Part shown: piece after piece, positions 1 to 8,978 of the stretch
How the letters are laid out: each line of letters opens with the position of its first letter
How positions within the stretch are numbered: position 1 is the stretch's first letter
Assembly: GCA_963669175.1 (NCBI GenBank)
Contig: OY769902.1
Location: forward strand, 2,677,586 to 2,741,585
Source of the DNA: a bacterium
GTDB taxonomy: Bacteria > Electryoneota > Electryoneia > Electryoneales > Electryoneaceae
Length of the DNA stretch: 64,000 nucleotides
Direction of reading: 5' to 3'
The notes under the pieces: model-generated
Told to the model about the DNA's origin: nothing
Seen by the model: the letters and a program-made list of their open reading frames with translations, nothing else
The model's database searches: none
Translations under genes and position numbers: made by a program

Positions 1-716
1 CAGAACTGTTTGGCAAGGATATCGAACATGTTCCAGCCGGTACTGCCCATAAACTGGATGTCGATCATCCGAAGACCGCCAAACGGTGGGCGATGGTGAT
101 TGATACTCGCAAGTGTCGTGAAAATCCGGACTGCGATGCCTGTATCAATGCCTGTCATGATGTTCATAACGTGCCGCATTTTGAGGAAAAAGACGAGATC
201 AAGTGGATCTGGAAAGAAAGCTATCACCATGCTTTTTCCGGCGATGACAACGAATACATGCCGCATGACATTCTGCATTCGAATGTCCTGTTGCTGTGTA
301 ACCACTGTGATGATCCGCCTTGTGTGAAGGTGTGTCCGCCGAAGGCGACATTCCAGCGTGAAGACGGTATCGTGATGATGGACTGGCACCGTTGTATCGG
401 TTGTCGTTATTGCATCGCGGCCTGTCCTTACGGTTCACGTTCGTTCAACTGGCGTGACCCGCGCGAAGGCTTGGAAAACAAGAACCCGAACTTCCCGACA
501 CGGGAAAAGGGCGTTGTTGAAAAGTGTACATTCTGCGACAGCCGACTGGCGCGCGGCCAGTTACCGGCCTGTGTTGAGGTCTGCCCGCATCACGCGCTGA
601 CATTCGGTGATATTGATGATCCGAACAGCGAGGTGCGTGAGATTCTCGAACAGAACAACACGATTCGCCGCAAGCCCAGTTTGGGTACAAAACCGCAAGT
701 TTTCTACATTGTGTGA
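1..716 (+). CDS. 4Fe-4S ferredoxin-type subunit of a membrane-bound oxidoreductase (NrfC/PsrB/ActB-C-terminal-like); 5' end lies outside the window
   Basis: Reading frame is open from nt 3 with no stop before the track start at 93. Several CxxCxxCxxxCP ferredoxin motifs are present (CDACINACHD, CNHCDDPPCVKVCP, CIGCRYCIAACPYG, CTFCDSRLARGQLPACVEVCP). The ..KRWAMVIDTRKC.. stretch is typical of NrfC/PsrB FeS subunits. Confidence 0.8.
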   Translation, partial: ELFGKDIEHVPAGTAHKLDVDHPKTAKRWAMVIDTRKCRENPDCDACINACHDVHNVPHFEEKDEIKWIWKESYHHAFSGDDNEYMPHDILHSNVLLLCNHCDDPPCVKVCPPKATFQREDGIVMMDWHRCIGCRYCIAACPYGSRSFNWRDPREGLENKNPNFPTREKGVVEKCTFCDSRLARGQLPACVEVCPHHALTFGDIDDPNSEVREILEQNNTIRRKPSLGTKPQVFYIV

Positions 717-726
717 GGGATAGATC

Positions 727-1896
727 ATGATTGAAAAAGCGTTACACGGTGGAAAGGCATACTGGGCGCTGATCGTGGTCATCCTTGGGGTGATTGGGGT
801 TGGCGTAGCCACCTGGTTCTATCAGTACCACAATGGTCTGACAGTAACCGGGTTAAACCGGGACGTGTCCTGGGGGCTGTATATCGGCCAGTTGACTTTC
901 TTTGTGGGTGTCGCGGCGTCTGCAGTTATGCTCGTACTGCCGTACTACCTGCACGATTACAAAGCGTTTGGCAAGATGACGGTGTTGGGTGAGTTCGTCG
1001 CCATTGCTTCCGTCATCATGTGCGTGTTGTTCGTGTTTGTCGACCTTGGCAAGCCGATGCGCATTACCAATGTCTTCCTGCATCCGAACCCGATATCCAT
1101 GATGTTCTGGGATACGATCGTGTTGTCCGGTTACATGTTGCTGAACATCCTGATCAGCCGTGTTGCCCTGGATGCGGAGAAGAAGGGTATTGCACCGCCG
1201 AAGTGGATCAAGCCGTTCATCATCCTGTCGATTCCATGGGCGGTCAGTATTCATACTGTCACGGCATTCCTGTATGCCGGCCTGGTTGCTCGTCCCTTCT
1301 GGATGACGGCTGTTATGGCGCCTCGATTCCTGGCGTCTGCGTTTGCCGCCGGTCCGGCTCTGCTGATGATTTTTGCGTTGATCATTCGCAAGTTCACCAA
1401 GTTTGATCCGGGCGAAAAGGCGATCAACCGTCTGAGCATCATTATCACGTATTCCATGGCGATCAATGTTTTCCTGATTCTGATGGAAGTCTTCACCGCG
1501 GCCTATAGCGGGATGCCGGAACACCTGGACCACTTCAAGTTCCTGTATACCGGCATTACCGATGCGAACGGTGTCACCCATACACAGATGGTACCGTGGA
1601 TGTGGGCATCGTCGATCCTGGCGCTGGTTTCCCTGTTCATCCTGTTTGTTCCGAAACTACGGAAGAACCACGGTTTGTTGTTCATGGCTTGTGCGGCGGT
1701 GTTCATTTCGCTGTGGATTGACAAGGGTTTCGGCCTGATGATCGCCGGATTCACCCCGACACCGACTCACCAGATCGCGTACTACATGCCGACATTGCCG
1801 GAATGGTTGATCATGTTCGGCATCTTCGGGATTGGCGCGTTTATCATCACCACGTTGTACAAGGTGGCGCTGACCATGCGTGGAGCGGTGAAATAG
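727..1896 (+). CDS. NrfD/PsrC-family polytopic membrane subunit (quinol-interacting anchor of a polysulfide/nitrite-reductase-like complex)
   Basis: 389 aa with about 8-10 hydrophobic helices. Starts 11 nt after the FeS gene with the same orientation. Architecture and length match the NrfD/PsrC family. Confidence 0.75.
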   Translation: MIEKALHGGKAYWALIVVILGVIGVGVATWFYQYHNGLTVTGLNRDVSWGLYIGQLTFFVGVAASAVMLVLPYYLHDYKAFGKMTVLGEFVAIASVIMCVLFVFVDLGKPMRITNVFLHPNPISMMFWDTIVLSGYMLLNILISRVALDAEKKGIAPPKWIKPFIILSIPWAVSIHTVTAFLYAGLVARPFWMTAVMAPRFLASAFAAGPALLMIFALIIRKFTKFDPGEKAINRLSIIITYSMAINVFLILMEVFTAAYSGMPEHLDHFKFLYTGITDANGVTHTQMVPWMWASSILALVSLFILFVPKLRKNHGLLFMACAAVFISLWIDKGFGLMIAGFTPTPTHQIAYYMPTLPEWLIMFGIFGIGAFIITTLYKVALTMRGAVK

Positions 1897-1915
1897 CAGC
1901 ACGTTTCAGTCTTTT

Positions 1916-1951
1916 CAGGGGGTCGGGGTATTTATGATCCCGGCCCCTTTT
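1916..1951 (+). terminator. Rho-independent terminator after the NrfD-like gene
   Basis: GGGGTCGGGG...CCCGGCCCC stem followed by TTTTTGTTGG. Confidence 0.55.
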
Positions 1952-1959
1952 TGTTGGAA

Positions 1960-2007
1960 GTGAAAAAAGTGAAAAAAGTGAAAAAGGTGAAAAAAGTGAA
2001 AAAGGTG
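1960..2007. repeat. Tandem repeat (GTGAAAAAG)x5, 9-bp period
   Basis: Directly visible in sequence. A second degenerate copy (gaagtggaaagtgaaaaggtgaacaaag) lies at about 2412-2440. Confidence 0.9.
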
Positions 2008-2529
2008 GGTGGCCCTGTACGTTTCTAACAATACTGTATAGGAGTGCATGGCCCGATTTGCCGGAAGTGCAACATGATACTATCGAGATGCTGACAAGAT
2101 TTGTGGGGCGTCGTCTTATGATGCGGATCATGAGCAAGTCGGGAACTGCGGAGAGCCTGGGTGGCCGATCCGCAGGTACAAATGCTGCCACTATACTTGA
2201 AACAAGAAAACAATGAGGAACTATCCATTCTTGATGAGGTATTGAGCGAATCGGGACAGTGATAGGGAATTGTGTTTTCTCTATTGCCCGAAACCCATTC
2301 CCGATGCGCTCAAGAGTACGAAGAGGAATGAGATGCAGTGGGTATATTTCTTTTGAACCGAAAACGGAAAGTGCATCACTTGAGGTTCTGGCCAACCAGT
2401 CCATTTTTGTTTGAAGTGGAAAGTGAAAAGGTGAACAAAGTATAACTGTAGGATATGTCTTGGATTAGATTTGTGGTGCGCCTTTCACTGTTGAGATGAA
2501 AGAGTGTGACAGTCACAATTGGAGAAACC

Positions 2530-3438
2530 ATGAAACAAGCACGCATCATTTTCCTGGCCGGAGTAGCAAGCCTGCTTCTCTTCACCGGAATTGGCTGCAA
2601 GAAGCAGGAACAAATACCTGGTGCGTCAGCATGGAATCAGGAACCGGAAAAAGCAGTGGAAACCAGAGCGGCGAGCCAGGATCCGGAAGAAGTGTTGGAG
2701 ACGCTGGTCGTTGATGCGGATGTGGATGTTGAGATACGAATGCAGTTCATTCCGGTTTTTAATCGAAAAGACCCGATGAGCTATGAAGATATGGGCGAAG
2801 ACTACGAGAAGATGGAAGGTTGTGTCGCAAAAGCAGAATCACTGCTTGCCGCCCAGCGTGATATGAACTATAACCTTTTAACAGCAGCCGGTGGAGTTTC
2901 TGATTTCCCTTATTACGATCAAGCTGGTCAGGCCTGGAATCTTGCATATTCTGAACTTGGCGAGAGAAACAACTGGTATCTGTTTTCACTTTGTTGCGAT
3001 AGTGATACCGTGTACCAGTTTGAGACGCCATTTGGGTATCCTTTCAAGGTTCTACATGGAATCATCTTTCACGATACAACCTGGGTATTGGGGTATCATC
3101 GTATCACAAGAGAAGAACACGATTTATCCATACAATATGAAACAATTATAAATGGCGTCAGCTTCAATGACCAGGAAGGGTATGACGAAGTTGACTTCTA
3201 CGGTTGGATAGAAAACGAACCTTTCTATGTCTTCAAGAAGGGAGATCAATATGGGTATGTTTATAAAAATCAAGTAGTAAATGTCGGTTGGTCGTATTTA
3301 TATAATAGCGCTGGTGATGGCAGTCCAAAGTACACCTATCCGGAGAAAAGAAAGCAGGGCATGTTCTTCCAGGTACAGGAAGATGGGTACTGGGGATTTG
3401 TGGTACTGTACAGTGAAGTGATTGCCAAGAATGTGTGA
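2530..3438 (+). CDS. Lipoprotein, WG-containing beta-repeat family-like (paralog A)
   Basis: Signal peptide with lipobox LLLFTGIGC. RBS ggagaaacc lies upstream of the ATG at 2530. The C-terminal region (...KRKQGMFFQVQEDGYWGFVVLYSEVI...) resembles WG-beta repeat modules. About 45 % identical to the next gene. Confidence 0.6.
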   Translation: MKQARIIFLAGVASLLLFTGIGCKKQEQIPGASAWNQEPEKAVETRAASQDPEEVLETLVVDADVDVEIRMQFIPVFNRKDPMSYEDMGEDYEKMEGCVAKAESLLAAQRDMNYNLLTAAGGVSDFPYYDQAGQAWNLAYSELGERNNWYLFSLCCDSDTVYQFETPFGYPFKVLHGIIFHDTTWVLGYHRITREEHDLSIQYETIINGVSFNDQEGYDEVDFYGWIENEPFYVFKKGDQYGYVYKNQVVNVGWSYLYNSAGDGSPKYTYPEKRKQGMFFQVQEDGYWGFVVLYSEVIAKNV

Positions 3439-3505
3439 TAGAGGTGATTCAGGGCAGTTAACAGGATAGTTGTACTTACTGGCGAGCTCCATTTCAGGAG
3501 AATTC

Positions 3506-4339
3506 ATGAGACAAGCGATCATCTGTTTATGGGTACTGGGGCTGAGCCTGCTGCTTTGTCTCGGAAACGGTTGCCAGAGATGCGAACAGGAACAGAAGAA
3601 GCCAGCCATCGATGCGGACACAGAAGTGGCGTTCAAAATGGTGTTTATTCCTGTCGCTGATCATAAAGAGCCACTGCATTATGAAGGAACGAGCGAAGAA
3701 CGTGAGAAGCTGAAAGAAAGTTTCGCGGAAGCGGAATCATTGCTGGCTGCACAACGTGACATGAATTACAACTTGGTGACAACGACCATGTGGGGACATG
3801 AATTTCCCTATCGTGATGACCAGGACAATATCTGGACCCTGAGCAAAACGCGACCGTCCAACAATACGGCTACGTATTCACTGATTCGAGGTAAGGATAC
3901 CGTATACCGTTTTGAAGCGCCGTTTGCATCCTCCAGCAATATTATAAAGGGATTCATTGCAATGGATTCGACCTGGGTTCTGGGGTACAAGGGATACCGT
4001 AAGCAAACACAGGAAGACAATGGATCCCGTCTGACTTCTAAAATGGTAGTAAATGGAATCGATATCGGTGAACAGGAAGGGTATGATGACGTCTATTTCT
4101 TCGGCTGGATCGAGGGTGAAGTTTTTTATGTATTCAAACAAGATGAACAGTTTAGCTATGTCTATAGGGACAAAGTGAACAACCTTGGCTGGACAAAAGT
4201 AATGGATACTGCAGGGGATGGGAGTTACATATACACTTTTCCTGAAAAGCGAAGCCAGGGCATGTTCTTCCAGGTGCAGGAAGATGGGTACTGGGGATTT
4301 GTGGTGTTGTACAGTGAGTTGATACCGAAGGATGGATGA
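3506..4339 (+). CDS. Lipoprotein, WG-containing beta-repeat family-like (paralog B)
   Basis: Lipobox LLLCLGNGC. RBS aggag upstream of the ATG at 3506. Shares the blocks AESLLAAQRDMNYNL, WVLGY, EGYD-V-F-GWIE, QGMFFQVQEDGYWGFVVLYSE with paralog A. Confidence 0.6.
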   Translation: MRQAIICLWVLGLSLLLCLGNGCQRCEQEQKKPAIDADTEVAFKMVFIPVADHKEPLHYEGTSEEREKLKESFAEAESLLAAQRDMNYNLVTTTMWGHEFPYRDDQDNIWTLSKTRPSNNTATYSLIRGKDTVYRFEAPFASSSNIIKGFIAMDSTWVLGYKGYRKQTQEDNGSRLTSKMVVNGIDIGEQEGYDDVYFFGWIEGEVFYVFKQDEQFSYVYRDKVNNLGWTKVMDTAGDGSYIYTFPEKRSQGMFFQVQEDGYWGFVVLYSELIPKDG

Positions 4340-4360
4340 GGGGCAGATGAGTGAATATAG

Positions 4361-4443
4361 AAAAAGGGGACAGTTTCCTTTTCCATAAGTTGTGCGAAAA
4401 TGTCACGTATTATCGAGAGGAAAAGGATCCCGTCCCCTTTTCC
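4361..4443. repeat. Long inverted-repeat hairpin (AAAAAGGGGACAGTTTCCTTTTCC ... GGAAAAGGATCCCGTCCCCTTTTCC), member of a GGGNACAGNNNCCTTTYCC family; probably an intrinsic terminator
   Basis: Two roughly 20-nt arms are reverse-complementary with a 34-nt loop. The distal arm is followed by a T-run. Related pairs occur at 9727-9805 and 9828-9912. Confidence 0.6.
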
Positions 4444-4597
4444 CGACATACAAAATACGCTATTCAAATGATCGAACTTCGGTTGAAAGTCGAAAGAATG
4501 CCGTTATTCTAATCATCCTTTTATCCTGTTATCCTGTTCATCTTGAGAGTATCTTGTACATCTTGTGAATAGCAGTGGAGCTGTAAAGGAGAGAGAG

Positions 4598-6250
4598 ATG
4601 CAAGTCGTGATTATCGGTGGTGACGCCGCAGGGTTGAAGACAGCAGCACGTTTACGCAGGCTGGATGCCGATACGGAGATCGTGGTTCTCGAAAAGGGTG
4701 ATGTCATTTCCTATGCAGCCTGTGGGCTGCCCTATGTCCTGTCCGGGGATATTGATTCAGTCAATGACCTGTTGACCACGTCGTGGGATGAACCCAAGAC
4801 CCCGGAGTATTTCAAACGGGCCAAGGATGTTGACGTTCGGATCAAGACAGAAGCAGTCGGTATTGACCGGGAAAATAAGCTGGTTACGGCTAAAAATGTC
4901 GAGACCGGTGAAATGACTGAAATTCCTTATGACAACCTGGTCATCGCGACCGGCGCATCACCGATTCTTCCTCCGGGTGTGACAGGATGCGATCTGGATG
5001 GTGTCGGCTGCTTCACCAAACCGTCCGAGATGAAAGCGTTGAAGATGGGGTTGGCGCAGGGTGAAATCGGACGTGTGGTGATTCTGGGGGCCGGGTATAT
5101 CGGGCTGGAACTGTGCGAAGCCTTCGCCGCTTTGTGGGGCGCGGAAGTCGTTCTGCTGGAGAAGGAAGACCAGGTGCTGCCACGTTTTCTCGATCCTGAA
5201 ACGGCAAAGCTGGTCAATGCCGAGCTTGTAAACAATGATATTGAGGTACACTGCGGGGTGACAGTCGCCTCAATCGAAGAATCCGATGACGGTCTGTTGG
5301 TGAAAGATACGGACGGAAACGAGTATACCGGCGATCGTGTGGTTCTGGCTGCCGGGGTGCGTCCGAATACAGCATTGGCGGAACAATGTGATCTGCCCCT
5401 GGGTGCGCATGGCGGCATACAGGTCAATTGCCAGGGCAAAACAGAAGATCCCTACATCTATGCCGCCGGTGACTGCGCCGAGCTGCCGATTGAGGATGGT
5501 TCCCACCTGATGCCGTTGGGATCGATTGCCAACCGCATGGGCCGGGTGGTGGCGAATAACATCATGGGGCAGGAAGATGAAATGCCCTTCCTGCACGGTA
5601 CAGCAGTCGTGAAAGTGTTTGATCTGAACGTGGCGATTTGCGGCACCTGCGCCAATAGTCTGAAACGTAAAGGTCTGGAACCGGAAGAATACTGGTCCAG
5701 CTTTGATGAACGAGCGCATTATTACCCGGAAGGTCAGAATGTCAGGATGAAGATTACCTGTTATCCTGGCGGTAAACTGGCGGGGATACAGGTGCTCGGT
5801 AAGGGAGAAGTGGTTCGTTGGGCAAATACCTTTGCACAGGTGATGGACCTGGGCGGGGGAGATGCACGTATGCTCAACCGTCTTGAACATGCCTACGCGC
5901 CACCCTTTGCCGCGGCGATGGACCCGTTACACTACATGGCCTCCATGATCGAACGTGGCCCTGACTGGCAGATGGCCCCGGATACGCTCGAAGACGGTGG
6001 TGATGAAGCCTGGACCGTGGTTTGCTTGCTGACCGACGCGGAAGAAGCGGAATTGGATAAGCCGGATGTAAAGGGACACTGGCTGCATATTCCGTACAGT
6101 CATCTTCGTGAACGCATGAGCGAGTTGCCGAAGGATAATGTGGTCCTGATCTGCGCCCTGGGTACACGAAGCTATGATGCCTGTGTAACCCTGCGGAACC
6201 TGGGCTACCATGCCAAGTATATCGCAGGGGGAGTGGCTTTCGGGAAATGA
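4598..6250 (+). CDS. CoA-disulfide reductase / NADH oxidase-family flavoprotein with C-terminal rhodanese domain (NADH-dependent persulfide reductase, Npsr-like)
   Basis: N-terminal VVIIGGDAAG FAD fold and SYAACGLPY redox-active Cys, typical of the CoADR/Nox family. Second Rossmann motif VILGAGYIGLE. The C-terminal 100 aa carry a rhodanese-like active-site loop CALGTRS. RBS aaggagagag upstream of the ATG at 4598. Confidence 0.8.
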   Translation: MQVVIIGGDAAGLKTAARLRRLDADTEIVVLEKGDVISYAACGLPYVLSGDIDSVNDLLTTSWDEPKTPEYFKRAKDVDVRIKTEAVGIDRENKLVTAKNVETGEMTEIPYDNLVIATGASPILPPGVTGCDLDGVGCFTKPSEMKALKMGLAQGEIGRVVILGAGYIGLELCEAFAALWGAEVVLLEKEDQVLPRFLDPETAKLVNAELVNNDIEVHCGVTVASIEESDDGLLVKDTDGNEYTGDRVVLAAGVRPNTALAEQCDLPLGAHGGIQVNCQGKTEDPYIYAAGDCAELPIEDGSHLMPLGSIANRMGRVVANNIMGQEDEMPFLHGTAVVKVFDLNVAICGTCANSLKRKGLEPEEYWSSFDERAHYYPEGQNVRMKITCYPGGKLAGIQVLGKGEVVRWANTFAQVMDLGGGDARMLNRLEHAYAPPFAAAMDPLHYMASMIERGPDWQMAPDTLEDGGDEAWTVVCLLTDAEEAELDKPDVKGHWLHIPYSHLRERMSELPKDNVVLICALGTRSYDACVTLRNLGYHAKYIAGGVAFGK

Positions 6251-6294
6251 AGTTTGAAAGTTCAAAAGTTTGAAAGTTTGAAAGTTGAAAAGTT
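6251..6294. repeat. Tandem repeat (AGTTTGAA-like)x5, 8-9-bp period, immediately after the stop codon
   Basis: agtttgaaagttcaaaagtttgaaagtttgaaagttgaaaagtt. Confidence 0.9.
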
Positions 6295-6307
6295 ATTTTG
6301 TCAGCAA

Positions 6308-6342
6308 GCCGGGACAGAGCCATAGAAGAGCTGTCCCGGTTT
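6308..6342 (+). terminator. Rho-independent terminator
   Basis: CCGGGACAGagccatagaagagCTGTCCCGG followed by TTTTCG. Confidence 0.6.
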
Positions 6343-6355
6343 TCGTATACAACGG

Positions 6356-6381
6356 TAGCCCGGCCATGCCTGGCCGGGAAT
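6356..6381. repeat. Conserved hairpin element GTAGCCCGGCCATGCCTGGCCGGGA (second copy at 24441-24466)
   Basis: Near-identical 25-mer at both loci, in each case directly next to an A/G-rich short tandem repeat array. Internal palindrome CCGGCCA/TGGCCGG. Confidence 0.8.
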
Positions 6382-6556
6382 GGCATGTTGTATTGCTCGA
6401 GATCCCCGTTTTGTTCACGGCAGTGCTTCGCACCCCGCAAGCTTCGCTACGGTTCAAGCCGAGCCAGACGATTGATGTCTGATACTATTTTCATCTTTCG
6501 ACTGCCCCTGCTTGCTCGTCAGCATAGTATATACTAATTCAAAGACCAAGTCGGTA

Positions 6557-8839
6557 CTATTTCATCAGAATCAATCGTTGAATTGAGGTTTGTCCATCAA
6601 TATCCGCAACCACAAAGTATATCCCGCTGGATAGCAGACCATTGCAGGCCTGATTGCTGTTCCAATTTAACTCGTGATGCCCCGCGGCAATTTCCCCTGA
6701 AATCAGGGTTTGTACCCGCTGTCCCAGGATATTAACGATCTCCACCTGGCCGTTCCCTAGTCGTGAAAGGTTCAACGTGATCCGTGTCGAACTGTTGAAC
6801 GGGTTGGGGTAGGGCGCGCTCAGATTTACCTGTTGTGGGAGCAAGGATTGGTCTGAGACTTGTTCGTCTACCGAAGTCGGACAGGCTTCGCTGATGTCGA
6901 ACACTCTGAGGCCTGTATTGGACGTACAATAGAATCTTTGACCTTCATAGACAATGGAATTAAAGACATCGACATAATCAGGATAATATCCCGTCAGTGC
7001 TGGGTGGGCACGATCTGCTAGATCATAGATCATAAATTCATCTTGACCAGAGCAGTATATAAATAGATATCCCCAGTGAATGGAAATGGCCGATTGATTC
7101 TCGAGTAGAATTTCGTCAACAATTTCAGGTTGTGATGCAATACGAGCATCAATAATCATCAACGAACAGATATAACCATCATCATATTGATAGGCATAGG
7201 CATAAAGAAAACCATTGTAATATTCACAAAATCTTATGGTATAATTATCCAACGAAAGGGTTGCAATAATTGTGGAATCTGCCGGACGTGTCAAATCGAA
7301 TACTGTTATCTCATTTCTAAACGGCGCAAACAGGAAACGATCCGTCCCACAACACCTGTTTGCACCTTCCGGTATCACAAGCCTTTCTTGAAATTGGTCA
7401 TTTTCAGTATCAAGAATGCACATGGATTCATTCCCATATACAGGACCGCAAAATACCACAATTGTAGAGTCGCCTGTCGTCACCATATTTCCAATCACGG
7501 GAGCGGTGAATGTATCACACGCAACAGGCGTCTGCATGTTGTCCAGATTATACAAGACGACCATGTCATTTCCAGCCTCATTAGAAAGTGCAAGTAGATA
7601 GTTGTTTCCGATCATGACTTCCGAAAAAACAGTCTCAGTCTCAAGTGTATCAATGACATCCGGAAGCCCGGGTGCGGAAAGATCAAGGATGAAGATGCCC
7701 TGTTCTGAATTTGCCATATAGCCATAATTATTGAACATACAAATGTCACGTGGACCACCAGGCGCAACTCCAGAAGTGGAAAGCAGCTCAAACCAGTTGT
7801 TCTGTCTACTGTAGATATCGTAGGATTCACCAGCAGCATGGACAAAATCTCTATCTGCATACCAGACTTTGTGCAACTCACCGATTTCATCAAACAGTCC
7901 ATACATTTGCGGGGATACCGGATTTGTTATATCGTAGATGCGCAACATGTTTCTGTTATACGTCAATTCCAGTAGTCCATTCCTGTATTTCATCTTGTAA
8001 TCATCATCAGAAAGGGTAAAACTGCTTTGTAATTCCAGATCATCGTTCTCTTCAGAAAAGGTGTAGATTTCCAGGGTGGCGGGGTGATGAAACCAGGGAA
8101 CCGTAATCGCATAGAAGATATCATCCACAATCAATTGCTGAGCGAAACTGTTGAATTCAACATCAGTAAAATCACCGTACAGGTTGTCGATGTAATCCTG
8201 TCCTCCGGATAAGTAGAGAGTTGAATCATGAATAGCAAAATCAACAAAGGGAGTGATATAGTCGCCAACGAATGCTTCGCCTTCATACACTTGCCGAATC
8301 GTGTCAGGGTTTGAAATGTCATAGATACCAACGGTCACGGTAATGCAGGCAAAGGGCCAATCGGGCGGAGGGGGAGATTCCCACTCGCCACAGATCATGA
8401 TATAGGGATAACGAATGCTTTTTTCCAGGAAACTCGGATTGGAGCCAGTCCCGGCCGGGATTTCCAGTGTATCTAAAGCTATTACCTGGTGATCTTCCTG
8501 AACACGGTAGATGACCCGTTTGCTGTAAATCAGGTTTTCGTTCACTTGCTCAAATTCAACGGGGAAGCCGTTTGAGTAGTGCGCAGTCTCGACAGGTGAA
8601 GCAGGATCGGAAATATCCAACCAGGCGTGACCATAGTGCTCGATGCCTAATAATACCGTATCACCAAAGACGGCTATCGATTGGACATCTCCCCAGGACT
8701 CGAACATGGTGCCAAGGCAGGAAACATTCAGGCTGTCCTGGGCATGGGTAACTGAAGAAAAGGGCAAAATGGAAAGAGAAACGAGGATTGAAAGCACAAA
8801 AACCTGCGCCAGACGGAACAACGCATCCTGCTTTACCAT
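6557..8839 (-). CDS. Large secreted protein with Por/T9SS C-terminal sorting domain (beta-propeller-like repeats; function unknown)
   Basis: N-terminal signal peptide (LSILVSLSILPFSSVTHAQ). C-terminal ~80 aa (YPNPFNSSTRITLNL...GQRV..L.....AGHHELNW......SGIYFVVADIDGQTSIQRLILMK) matches the Por_Secre_tail pattern. Confidence 0.7.
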   Translation of the reverse strand: MVKQDALFRLAQVFVLSILVSLSILPFSSVTHAQDSLNVSCLGTMFESWGDVQSIAVFGDTVLLGIEHYGHAWLDISDPASPVETAHYSNGFPVEFEQVNENLIYSKRVIYRVQEDHQVIALDTLEIPAGTGSNPSFLEKSIRYPYIMICGEWESPPPPDWPFACITVTVGIYDISNPDTIRQVYEGEAFVGDYITPFVDFAIHDSTLYLSGGQDYIDNLYGDFTDVEFNSFAQQLIVDDIFYAITVPWFHHPATLEIYTFSEENDDLELQSSFTLSDDDYKMKYRNGLLELTYNRNMLRIYDITNPVSPQMYGLFDEIGELHKVWYADRDFVHAAGESYDIYSRQNNWFELLSTSGVAPGGPRDICMFNNYGYMANSEQGIFILDLSAPGLPDVIDTLETETVFSEVMIGNNYLLALSNEAGNDMVVLYNLDNMQTPVACDTFTAPVIGNMVTTGDSTIVVFCGPVYGNESMCILDTENDQFQERLVIPEGANRCCGTDRFLFAPFRNEITVFDLTRPADSTIIATLSLDNYTIRFCEYYNGFLYAYAYQYDDGYICSLMIIDARIASQPEIVDEILLENQSAISIHWGYLFIYCSGQDEFMIYDLADRAHPALTGYYPDYVDVFNSIVYEGQRFYCTSNTGLRVFDISEACPTSVDEQVSDQSLLPQQVNLSAPYPNPFNSSTRITLNLSRLGNGQVEIVNILGQRVQTLISGEIAAGHHELNWNSNQACNGLLSSGIYFVVADIDGQTSIQRLILMK

Positions 8840-8978
8840 AATATTCTCCCCCTCAAAGAATAAGTCTTATTGGGCTTTCGCACTCCCCCTTCATAAAACT
8901 ACTAACAACATTTCGCTCTTTTCAAGTGATTCTGGCGTATTGAGCAGACTTTTACCAGATGTACAGTAGGGCGATTTC

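Noticed and set aside
1847-2404. 185-aa minus-strand ORF spanning the spacer after the NrfD-like gene
   Set aside because: It contains translated tandem repeat (FSLFSPFSLFSLFSL), runs through a terminator hairpin and has no start context. Judged non-coding.
4550-4580. Rex operator upstream of the NADH-oxidase-family gene (TTGTGAA half-site)
   Set aside because: Only one half-site is present. The downstream half (TGGAGCT) does not match TTCACAA. The TTGTGAAT motif belongs to the dispersed 20-nt repeat instead.
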